NCBI GenBank assembly: GCA_964650355.1
Contig: CAZYTL010000008.1
Location: 89 to 64,088, forward strand
DNA: 64,000 bases
Direction of reading: 5' to 3'
Origin: an uncultured Gammaproteobacteria bacterium
GTDB taxonomy: Bacteria > Patescibacteriota > Microgenomatia > CAYXHB01 > CAZYTL01
Position 1 is the stretch's first letter. Each line of letters starts with the position of its first letter. Positions 27,613 to 35,747 of the stretch are shown here, in pieces. Below the pieces are notes generated by a model, which made no database searches, had not been told where the DNA came from, and saw nothing but the letters and a program-made list of their open reading frames with translations. The position numbers were made by a program, and so were the translations under genes.

Positions 27613-27957
27613 ATGCAGGTGCAGCTAAGTACTGAGAATGTTAGCCTTACTGAAGCGCAAAAACACGCGGTTGATAAACGAATAAAAAAATTGGAGAGAT
27701 TGTGTCGACTATTTAAATCCGAATTGGTGTCCACCCGTCTGAAATTGACAATAAAACCACCGATTAATGCTTATGTTGCCCAATTGACTTTGGCTGTACC
27801 CGGTTCTCAGATGGCGAGTAAATTTCGGGATAAACGCTTTTCAGTAGCCATAGGCAAAGCGTTTGACAAAGTAGCTGCTCAGTTGAGGAAGTACCGCGCC
27901 AGATTAAGAGATACCCGAGACTTTGCCAAGGTAGCCAAAGATAAAGGCAAAGCCTAG
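27613..27957 (+). CDS. hpf: ribosome hibernation promoting factor (HPF/RaiA family)
   Basis: 114 aa with the S30EA pattern: ...KHAVDKRIKKLERL ... FDKVAAQLRKYRARL. AGGGA SD. Confidence 0.8.
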   Translation: MQVQLSTENVSLTEAQKHAVDKRIKKLERLCRLFKSELVSTRLKLTIKPPINAYVAQLTLAVPGSQMASKFRDKRFSVAIGKAFDKVAAQLRKYRARLRDTRDFAKVAKDKGKA

Positions 27958-28046
27958 GTAAGTTTTCAGTTGTTAGTTATCAGTTTTCAGTTCTCTTTAA
28001 TAAAAAACCTACAGCTGTTTATAATAATTTTTGATTTTTTGAGCCA

Positions 28047-28385
28047 ATGGCTCATCAGCCTCTGGCTGAGATTTTTAACTCATTTATCGTGCCTGTCCGC
28101 CATACCATCCATCCCACTTTCAGACAAACCTTTCTTCATGGAATCATCGCCGGGATCGGCTGGGCATTCGGAGCCACCATTGTGTTCGCAATATTAATCG
28201 CTATTTTTGGTTATGTAATCTCTGTCTTAGGACATGTTCCCGGGTTGAACTATTTGATTGCCCCCATAAATAGAATCGTTGAAGATACCCAAGACCCCAG
28301 GGTCGAAGTGTTGGAAAAGGATCAAGGGGTAGTCACCACCTTCCCGACAGGAGATCAAAATCAGATAGACAACCCCAGACGATAA
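28047..28385 (+). CDS. small membrane protein (hypothetical)
   Basis: Two predicted TM segments. Confidence 0.35.
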   Translation: MAHQPLAEIFNSFIVPVRHTIHPTFRQTFLHGIIAGIGWAFGATIVFAILIAIFGYVISVLGHVPGLNYLIAPINRIVEDTQDPRVEVLEKDQGVVTTFPTGDQNQIDNPRR

Positions 28386-28427
28386 GATTAAAGCATGAGG
28401 AAACGAATTAATGCTTCGGAAGGATGA

Positions 28428-29546
28428 TTGAAGATAGCGATATTCGATTATGGATTTAGGGATATAATTACGATAATGAAGCTACCAATTTACTTTCCGG
28501 ATGCAACTCGAGGGGTAGTCCGGGGTTTGGATAGTGAAGATCTCCACGAGGTTGGTATAGAAGGCTTGGTTGTAAATACCTATCACCTGTTATCGCACCC
28601 GGGTATCTCGGTCTTAAAGGCAGCTGAGGGGCTAAAAAATCTAATGAATTGGCATGGCTGGGTGATTTCTGATTCAGGGGGATTCCAAATGCTGTCCCTG
28701 ATTTACCAAAATCAATTGAACGGAAAAGTAAATAAGGATGGAATTGTATTTTATCGTGATACTAAGGGCAAAAAACGCCGAATCGAATTTACTCCGGAGA
28801 AATCTATCCAGACTCAGTTTGCGATTGGCAGTGATGTAATGTTCTGTCTGGACGACTGTCCACCGGTGAAGGCTGGACCAAAAGAGTACGAGGCCAGCGT
28901 GACCAGAACCGTAAGTTGGGCGGAGCGTTGTAAGGATGAATATTTAAGCCAAGTTAAATTAAAAAGGTTGAATGAACAGTCCCGGCCGAAATTATTTGCA
29001 GTAATCCAGGGAGGCAATGATAAAAGACTACGGCAAAGTTGCGCTGAATCTTTGTTGAAAATCGGTTTTGATGGTTATGGGTTTGGGGGTTGGCCACTAG
29101 ATCGTGACGGAAATTATGATTTCGAGATATTGCGTTACACGGCCAGATTAACTCCAGATGAGTTACCGAGATTTGGATTGGGGATCGGGAATCCCCAGGC
29201 AATCATTGATTGTTTCAAGCTGGGATATACGATGTTTGATTGCGTATTGCCGACCAGGGACGCCCGCCACCAACGATTGTATGTTTTTAACCACGATCCT
29301 AACCAAGGTGATTTGTTAGCAGGTAATGGTCATGTGAAGTATCTGCATATCATGCAGGAAAAATATGTCCGGGATACAAGACCGATCAGTCAATGGTGTG
29401 ATTGTCATACCTGTAAGCGTTATAGCCGAGCCTACTTGCGGCATTTGTTTGAGATCGAAGATTCTTTGGCAGGAAGGCTGGCCACGCTTCATAATTTAAG
29501 AACTTACACGACGTTAATAGAAAAGCTGAGAAAATATGTCAAATAA
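28428..29546 (+). CDS. tgt: queuine tRNA-ribosyltransferase
   Basis: LVVNTYHL, SDSGGFQ, DCVLPTR and a CxCxxC...H zinc site (CDCHTC). The start is uncertain: TTG 28428 or ATG 28476. Confidence 0.9.
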   Translation: MKIAIFDYGFRDIITIMKLPIYFPDATRGVVRGLDSEDLHEVGIEGLVVNTYHLLSHPGISVLKAAEGLKNLMNWHGWVISDSGGFQMLSLIYQNQLNGKVNKDGIVFYRDTKGKKRRIEFTPEKSIQTQFAIGSDVMFCLDDCPPVKAGPKEYEASVTRTVSWAERCKDEYLSQVKLKRLNEQSRPKLFAVIQGGNDKRLRQSCAESLLKIGFDGYGFGGWPLDRDGNYDFEILRYTARLTPDELPRFGLGIGNPQAIIDCFKLGYTMFDCVLPTRDARHQRLYVFNHDPNQGDLLAGNGHVKYLHIMQEKYVRDTRPISQWCDCHTCKRYSRAYLRHLFEIEDSLAGRLATLHNLRTYTTLIEKLRKYVK

Positions 29547-30333
29547 CCAGGACATAGACGGCTTGACGGATAAGGTTTTGCAATCCAAAAAGTATAAGTC
29601 CCTTTATAAACCTACGGTGAAAAGGATTGTAGAAGATGTGGCTTCACATTATCCCCCAAACAGGGTTGAAAAGGTAGTAAAAAGGAGACTGCACCAGATT
29701 TGGGGGGCCTATTTTAGGCGTCCCAATTTTGGAAAATTACTAAACAGAATAGAAGAAGATTTGCACGAGGGCACGGACATTAAAGTTGTCTTAAAGAGTC
29801 TATTAAAGTTGCAAACTTCCACGAATGAAAGAATCCCGATTTTAAAGAATTTTTATTCCAGAATTTTTTCTATTGCAGGACGGCCTCAAACAATTATCGA
29901 ACCTGCCTGCGGGTTGAATGCTCTGACTTATTTCTGGATGGGAACTGATATTGAGTACGTTGGTTTTGATGTTGACCAGGAAGAGATTGAATTTATCAAT
30001 TCTGTTTTCAGGTTAGCGGGAGTGCAAAACCAAGCCCGAGTAGAACTGGGTGACATCCTGGCTGGCGACTTTAAAAGTAAATCAGACTTGGTATTTTTGC
30101 TCAAGGTTATGCCAATTCTGGAGCATCAGCAAAAGGGATGCACTTTGGAGATATTAAGGAAACTGAAATGTAAACAGGTAGTAGTTTCGTACCCCACCAG
30201 AAGCATATCAGGGAAGGATAAAGGAATGGTCGATTTTTATCGAAAACAATTTACAAACCTGGTTAGGGGCGAGCCATGGAAGATAGAAAAGCTGGTTTTT
30301 GATACAGAATTGGTTTTTGTGATCAGAAAATAA
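29536..30333 (+). CDS. 16S rRNA (guanine1405-N7)-methyltransferase, ArmA/Rmt (FmrO) family
   Basis: Block-wise match to ArmA/RmtB as I recall them: SKKYKSL, LHQIWGAYF, LQTSTNERIPILKNFY (the HxSTNER block), EPACGLNALTYFW (motif I), DLVFLLKVMPILEHQQ, VVSYPTRSISGKDKGM, ELVFVIRK. Confidence 0.75.
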   Translation: MSNNQDIDGLTDKVLQSKKYKSLYKPTVKRIVEDVASHYPPNRVEKVVKRRLHQIWGAYFRRPNFGKLLNRIEEDLHEGTDIKVVLKSLLKLQTSTNERIPILKNFYSRIFSIAGRPQTIIEPACGLNALTYFWMGTDIEYVGFDVDQEEIEFINSVFRLAGVQNQARVELGDILAGDFKSKSDLVFLLKVMPILEHQQKGCTLEILRKLKCKQVVVSYPTRSISGKDKGMVDFYRKQFTNLVRGEPWKIEKLVFDTELVFVIRK

Positions 30334-30629
30334 AGTTCTAAAATGAAAACAGATATAAGATTAATTTGCTTTGATTTGAATAAAACCTTGATTGAGGAAA
30401 ACACCTGGCTGGAATTAAACCTGGCCATGGGAATGACCAACGAGCGGTTGACTTGGGGAACGAATCGGGTTAAGATACCATCAAATTAAATTTGCTGCGC
30501 AACATTAGAGAGATAGACTCACCAACTATCGAGCAGCAACGCTGATCCCCGAACGGATCGAATCAAGCGGTCCGATTTCACTTCGGACAAGCAAGATGGA
30601 ACCCTCCTGAGTAACGACAAAGGAGTCTT

Positions 30630-30657
30630 GCACCCATTGAAAAACGGGTGCTTTTTT
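30630..30657 (+). terminator. intrinsic-terminator-like hairpin (gcaccc-N10-gggtgc + TTTTTT), probable thrS leader attenuator
   Basis: 6-bp GC-rich stem at 30630-30635 / 30646-30651 followed by tttttt at 30652-30657. It lies 19 nt before the thrS ATG at 30676 and inside the longest-ORF extension. Confidence 0.45.
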
Positions 30658-30675
30658 ATTTGGTATGATGAATAT

Positions 30676-32439
30676 ATGGATAATAAAAACTTAGATAATT
30701 TACGGCATTCAGCCTCTCACCTGTTGGCAGCAGCGGTATTGGAATTGTGGCCGGATGCCAAGCCTACATTGGGACCCCCGATTGAGGACGGGTTTTATTA
30801 TGATTTTGATTTCGGAGAGGCTAAAATTTCTTCTGATGATTTGCCCAAAATTGAGGGAAAGATGCACGAGCTGGTGAACTCATGGAAAGGCTTTGAGCGC
30901 GTAGAAGTTTCTAAGACTGAAGCCAAGAAACAATTTAGCCAAAATGAATATAAGCAAGAATTGATTAATGACTTTTCAGAGAAAGGAGAGAAACTAACTC
31001 TATACAAATCGGGCGATTTTACTGATCTCTGCCGGGGCGGGCACATAGAAAATCCTGCGAAAGAGTTGAAACACTTCAAATTGTTATCAGTGGCCGGAGC
31101 TTACTGGCGGGGTGATGAAAAGAACAAGATGCTGACTCGGATTTACGGGACGATATTCCCAACTAAGAAAGAATTGGACGAGCACTTGGCCCGACTGGAA
31201 GAAGCCAAGCAAAGAGATCATCGAAAATTGGGAAAAGAGCTGGACTTGTTTACCTTTTCAGATCTGGTAGGATCTGGATTGCCTCTTTATACCCCCAAGG
31301 GAGCTCTGATTAGAAGATTGTTAAATGAGTATGTCGAACAAGTGCAATCTAAACAGGATTATCAACAGGTCTGGACACCTCAAATTGCTAAAGCAGAGCT
31401 ATTCAAAACTTCCGGTCATTATTCTAAATATAAAGACGATATGTTTAAGGTCATTTCCAATTATTCTGAAGAAGAATTGTATTTGAAACCCATGAATTGT
31501 CCGCAGCACACACAAATTTATGCCAGCCGGATGCGAAGCTATCGGGATTTACCAATCAGAATGACCGATTTTGCCATGCTTTATCGTGATGAGAAGCCAG
31601 GAGAACTAAGCGGTTTGGCCAGGGTCAGATCATTTTCTCAAGATGACTGTCATATTTTTTGTAGAGAAGACCAGGTTGATGAAGAAATTGATAAGGCATT
31701 AACCATGATCAAGGAAATCATGGGCACCTTTGGTTTCAAATATCGTTATCGACTCTCAACCAGGGATCAGGAACATCCGGAAAAATATTTAGGAGATCCG
31801 AAAATTTGGGACAAGGTTGAAAAATGGGCGGAAGTGATCATGAAAAGAAATAAAATTGATTATTATGACGGACCGGGAGAAGCGGCTTTTTATGCCCCGA
31901 AAATGGATTTAATGGCCACGGATGCTCTAAAAAGAGAATGGCAATTATCCACAGTACAAATCGATTACGTGATGCCGGAAAGGTTTGGACTTAAGTATAT
32001 TGATTCCACCGGATCAGATAAACATCCGATCATGATCCACAGGGCAATCGTGGGTTCACCGGAGCGTTTTATTATGATTCTTTTGGAACACTTTGCCGGA
32101 GCGTTTCCCACCTGGCTGTCCCCTATTCAGGCGAAAGTCTTACCCATCACAGATCAACAATTGGATTATGCGCAAAGGGTGGCGCAATTGTTGCGGGATA
32201 ATCGTGCAAGGGTGGAATTAGACGACCGATCGGAAACTCTGTCAGCGAAAATTCGTGACGCGCAATTGGAAAAGATACCTTATATGGTGATTGTCGGCCA
32301 GCGGGAGGAAAAAGCCAACCAGGTGGCGGTAAGAACCAGAAACGAGCAGGATTTAGGAGCTATGGAGATAGAAAAACTGACAAAACAGCTAACCGAAGAA
32401 ATTGCGACTAAATCGCTGAAATTGATGACTGCTCCTTAA
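30676..32439 (+). CDS. thrS: threonyl-tRNA synthetase (short form lacking the N-terminal TGS domain)
   Basis: LRHSASHLLAAAV (editing-domain His pair), HRDHRKLGKELDLF, class II motifs. Confidence 0.9.
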   Translation: MDNKNLDNLRHSASHLLAAAVLELWPDAKPTLGPPIEDGFYYDFDFGEAKISSDDLPKIEGKMHELVNSWKGFERVEVSKTEAKKQFSQNEYKQELINDFSEKGEKLTLYKSGDFTDLCRGGHIENPAKELKHFKLLSVAGAYWRGDEKNKMLTRIYGTIFPTKKELDEHLARLEEAKQRDHRKLGKELDLFTFSDLVGSGLPLYTPKGALIRRLLNEYVEQVQSKQDYQQVWTPQIAKAELFKTSGHYSKYKDDMFKVISNYSEEELYLKPMNCPQHTQIYASRMRSYRDLPIRMTDFAMLYRDEKPGELSGLARVRSFSQDDCHIFCREDQVDEEIDKALTMIKEIMGTFGFKYRYRLSTRDQEHPEKYLGDPKIWDKVEKWAEVIMKRNKIDYYDGPGEAAFYAPKMDLMATDALKREWQLSTVQIDYVMPERFGLKYIDSTGSDKHPIMIHRAIVGSPERFIMILLEHFAGAFPTWLSPIQAKVLPITDQQLDYAQRVAQLLRDNRARVELDDRSETLSAKIRDAQLEKIPYMVIVGQREEKANQVAVRTRNEQDLGAMEIEKLTKQLTEEIATKSLKLMTAP

Positions 32440-32471
32440 TTCGGGGTGACTTGTTGGCTACGTGAAACACA

Positions 32472-32903
32472 CTATTTGGTTCTAAAGTTGACGTCCATAA
32501 ACAGCTCTGGAGGATCCAAATCTTGTTCCCGGAAATCAAGGCTTTCCAGTTGGCGTTCAAAGGTTTTTAAGGCGCCTTCCAATTGCAGAATTTGGGGATC
32601 GGTATTGTAAATCGTGGGATCACCGATAGTTACGGGCGGCACGCTGGGCCGAGGCACCATGGTAGGCGTGGGAATAATTGCTGCGGGTGGTTTGGGCCCG
32701 GGGGTAGGACCTGATGTACCTCTCTTGACCAAGGTGGTTAAAACTAAAGTGAACACAAAAAACACCCCAGCCCCGATCATAAACGTGGTTTTCAGACTCA
32801 TTTTCTTCTTCGGCGCAAGAGGTTTAGCTTCTGCTCCCGGGGCTTCTTCCGTTGGTTTGCCTGGTAATTTTATGCTCGCGGGTTTTTCTAAAGCGGCTGC
32901 CAT
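32472..32903 (-). CDS. Pro-rich single-pass membrane protein (hypothetical)
   Basis: One TM helix and PT/PG-rich extracellular tails. Confidence 0.4.
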   Translation of the reverse strand: MAAALEKPASIKLPGKPTEEAPGAEAKPLAPKKKMSLKTTFMIGAGVFFVFTLVLTTLVKRGTSGPTPGPKPPAAIIPTPTMVPRPSVPPVTIGDPTIYNTDPQILQLEGALKTFERQLESLDFREQDLDPPELFMDVNFRTK

Positions 32904-32933
32904 AAGTTAATTAATGATCAGACATTCACCTTA

Positions 32934-33737
32934 TCAGTCGAAGCGGATGTCCTGAACGATTTCGAGTAGGATATCATTGATCTCTTTGTGGTATTGGGTA
33001 ACTTTCATCAAATTGTTAATAAAAGTACCAAAAGTTCTGGTGGATACTGTCCTGGTTTTTAATAATGAGGTCAAAGCTGTTTCTTCATCAGCCTGAGATA
33101 AGAAAAGTTTTCTATTGGCTTCGATGATCCAGCGTTCCATATTGTCTGTGGGCATCACATTTTCCTTTTTTATTCTGGCGACTTGTTCGCTAGTTAGGCT
33201 GATGAGTTCGTTGGCAGTTTTTTCTAATGAACGGACTTTGCTGTCAATTACCAAACCTTTCATAAAATAGGATTGAGTAGTGAATTTTTTGTAACGGCCT
33301 TCAACCTGTTTGGATAATTTTTCCAGAGCACCCAAATCTTGCGCGTTATCAAAAAGCGGCTGATTTTCTTCCAGAAAATCTAACTCTTGATTGATGTAAA
33401 GGATTTTTTCTTTGAGTTCTTCTTCTGTCAGTTCCGGGCTTTGTTCCAGTCGTTCTTTCATCATGCGCAAATAAGTGATGAGCACTTGCTGACGGGCATT
33501 AAGAAATTTTTTGGTGGCATCGATAGCTACGTCCTGTGATACTTGGGTTTGGTATTTTAGATACTCCGCCCGGGCCAGATTGTATTGGTCCAAAGTTTGT
33601 TTATAAGTGTCAAAAGCATCACGATAGGCATCAAGAAGTTGCTCGTATGTGGTCTGCGCATGCGCCACGGCAGGAAAAGAAAAGACGCTCAAAACAGAGA
33701 GTAGAATAATGACGAAATAAGTTCCTCTCAGTCTCAT
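32934..33737 (-). CDS. secreted coiled-coil protein (hypothetical)
   Basis: Signal peptide ...FPAVAHA followed by heptad-like charged repeats. Confidence 0.45.
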   Translation of the reverse strand: MRLRGTYFVIILLSVLSVFSFPAVAHAQTTYEQLLDAYRDAFDTYKQTLDQYNLARAEYLKYQTQVSQDVAIDATKKFLNARQQVLITYLRMMKERLEQSPELTEEELKEKILYINQELDFLEENQPLFDNAQDLGALEKLSKQVEGRYKKFTTQSYFMKGLVIDSKVRSLEKTANELISLTSEQVARIKKENVMPTDNMERWIIEANRKLFLSQADEETALTSLLKTRTVSTRTFGTFINNLMKVTQYHKEINDILLEIVQDIRFD

Positions 33738-33764
33738 GATTCCATACTAACATAGAACGACCAT

Positions 33765-35426
33765 TTAATCCTGAGGCACTTCTACTACTTCGGCTTCTTT
33801 GCGTCTTAAAAATTGGCTCCATTCTTCAACTGCCCCTACCAAGGCCTTAAGCGGGGCATCAATGATGACGTCTAAAATAAACATGAAGATGTTAATTTGA
33901 GCCAATCCGGCTGATAACCAGGCTCCCAGACTAATGAACGGCATGGTAAGGACGCTGACCACGTGAGTAATGATTCCTCCGCTGTCTTTGGCAACGGTGA
34001 GTTCTTGTGACTCCCATTTGACCCGATAACCGAAGAGGAGAACCAAACTCATAAACATAAAAAAGATTAACAAGCTGATATAGTTGTAGCCCACGACTTG
34101 TAAAAGGAAGCTGGCAAACAAATAAATTAATACGGAAAACAGGATGAAGTAAAAGATGGAAAAATACTGATTGAGTTTTTTCTGGCGGACAGATAAGGTC
34201 AACTGGGCAGTGAGGGGTTTGTGCTTTTCCTGAGTCTGATAGAGCAATCTTTTCAGTTGTTTTAAAATCCGTTGGGTGTTTCCCTCTCCAGGCACCCGGA
34301 TAGATAATCCGATGACCAACATAAGACCTGGAGGAGTGAGCAGGTTAATGGTTAAAGGTATATATTGAATCTCCCCCAACAGGTAATGTTCATAAGGTAA
34401 TTCAATTATCAGGGCCAGCAAGACTTTGGTGATTAACAGGTAGATAACACTGCGCATGATCGCGTTCGAAATCTGTTGCTGGAGTCTGGAGTACCTGTTA
34501 TCTGCCACTTCGGTAGTGGCCTTAGTCAGAAGCTCCGGTGATTTGATCACGGTTTGGGGTTTGGGGTTGTTGATTAAAATTTCGTTGAGGATGACAAATA
34601 CCGGTGTGAAATGGCGGACAAATCTGAATACTAGGTTGCGTTGAGAGTAGTTGAGCAGGTTTTCGATTTGAACTACCAGTTGAGGAAGGGTTTGAGCCAG
34701 CTGTGACTGTTGGGCAGGTGTGGAAGCAGTTTTCCATTCCGGCTGCAGAAGCAACAGTAACCGGTAACGGAGAATGGGTTGGTCGGATTTGGCCAAAGCT
34801 CGCTGAGCGGCGATAAATAATTGAATTTCCCGATCTTCATCGGATAAGGCCTCAGTATCCCAAGAAAAATTATTCTTCAGCCAGGCAAACATCAAGGGGG
34901 CTAAGACAGTGCGCAAGTATGAAGGAGAGATGGTTTCTTCGATTTCAGTTGAAGCCACTCCTAATAGCCAGGTAGTCCAGTCAGTATGTTCACCCGGTGG
35001 GGAAGAGAATTCTTCGGTTTGTGATAAAAGGTATTGGTATTTGTAAACGATTAAAGTCAGTTCTTTGAGTTTGGAGCGGGGGAGGGTTTCGTTCGCCAGG
35101 AAGCGGGACCAGGTAAGTTCTTTGACTAAGAGTTCGGCTTTTTCTTCGGGAGATTTTTCCAGCCAAAAAAGACGGTTAAGGGTACGTTCGATTGTGGCCC
35201 GGCGGAGCACGTGTTCTCCTCGATATTCTACGGCGGACCGCAGCTTTTCGTAAACATAAGCTACAAAGCCAAAAGTTTCTGAAATATCGAGCATTTCCTC
35301 TTGTTGCTGGCGGCGTTGTTGTTCGGTAAATTCCTGCCAGCTATCCAGGACGTATTGGCCTTCACGAGTAAGCTTAGGCAAGTCAGATGAAGATTTATCC
35401 GGACGTGGTTTAGCCATAGGTTCCAA
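33765..35426 (-). CDS. polytopic membrane protein (hypothetical)
   Basis: 553 aa with a large N-terminal soluble region and 4-5 C-terminal TM helices. Confidence 0.45.
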   Translation of the reverse strand: MEPMAKPRPDKSSSDLPKLTREGQYVLDSWQEFTEQQRRQQQEEMLDISETFGFVAYVYEKLRSAVEYRGEHVLRRATIERTLNRLFWLEKSPEEKAELLVKELTWSRFLANETLPRSKLKELTLIVYKYQYLLSQTEEFSSPPGEHTDWTTWLLGVASTEIEETISPSYLRTVLAPLMFAWLKNNFSWDTEALSDEDREIQLFIAAQRALAKSDQPILRYRLLLLLQPEWKTASTPAQQSQLAQTLPQLVVQIENLLNYSQRNLVFRFVRHFTPVFVILNEILINNPKPQTVIKSPELLTKATTEVADNRYSRLQQQISNAIMRSVIYLLITKVLLALIIELPYEHYLLGEIQYIPLTINLLTPPGLMLVIGLSIRVPGEGNTQRILKQLKRLLYQTQEKHKPLTAQLTLSVRQKKLNQYFSIFYFILFSVLIYLFASFLLQVVGYNYISLLIFFMFMSLVLLFGYRVKWESQELTVAKDSGGIITHVVSVLTMPFISLGAWLSAGLAQINIFMFILDVIIDAPLKALVGAVEEWSQFLRRKEAEVVEVPQD

Positions 35427-35747
35427 TCTATATTATCGCATATCAGAGCAAAAAAGGTTATTAGATTGATAGATTAGGTTAATAATAGCCCTAAAAATAT
35501 TGCCCATCTTTGAACATTGCGTTAAAATCCTGCTAATGGGTCAAGCATGTCGTTTGAGGACAAAGGAAACTCCTAGTCTCGCGTGCGGAAATTGTACCAA
35601 ATCACGTTTCGAATCACCAGACAGTTCAACTGGCACATGCACAGTTTTCGATGTGGTGGTGCGAAGAAGTTCTCAACCAAGAGTGAACACGGAAGGTGGC
35701 GAGAGTTGTCATAGCTACCCTAGCTGGCTACCAATGGCCAGAATTGA

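Noticed and set aside
30440-30660. Confident T-box riboswitch call upstream of thrS
   Set aside because: The conserved AGGGUGGNACCGCG T-box sequence is not clearly present; only a UGGA-containing approximation is. I kept it as a weak candidate finding, not a feature.
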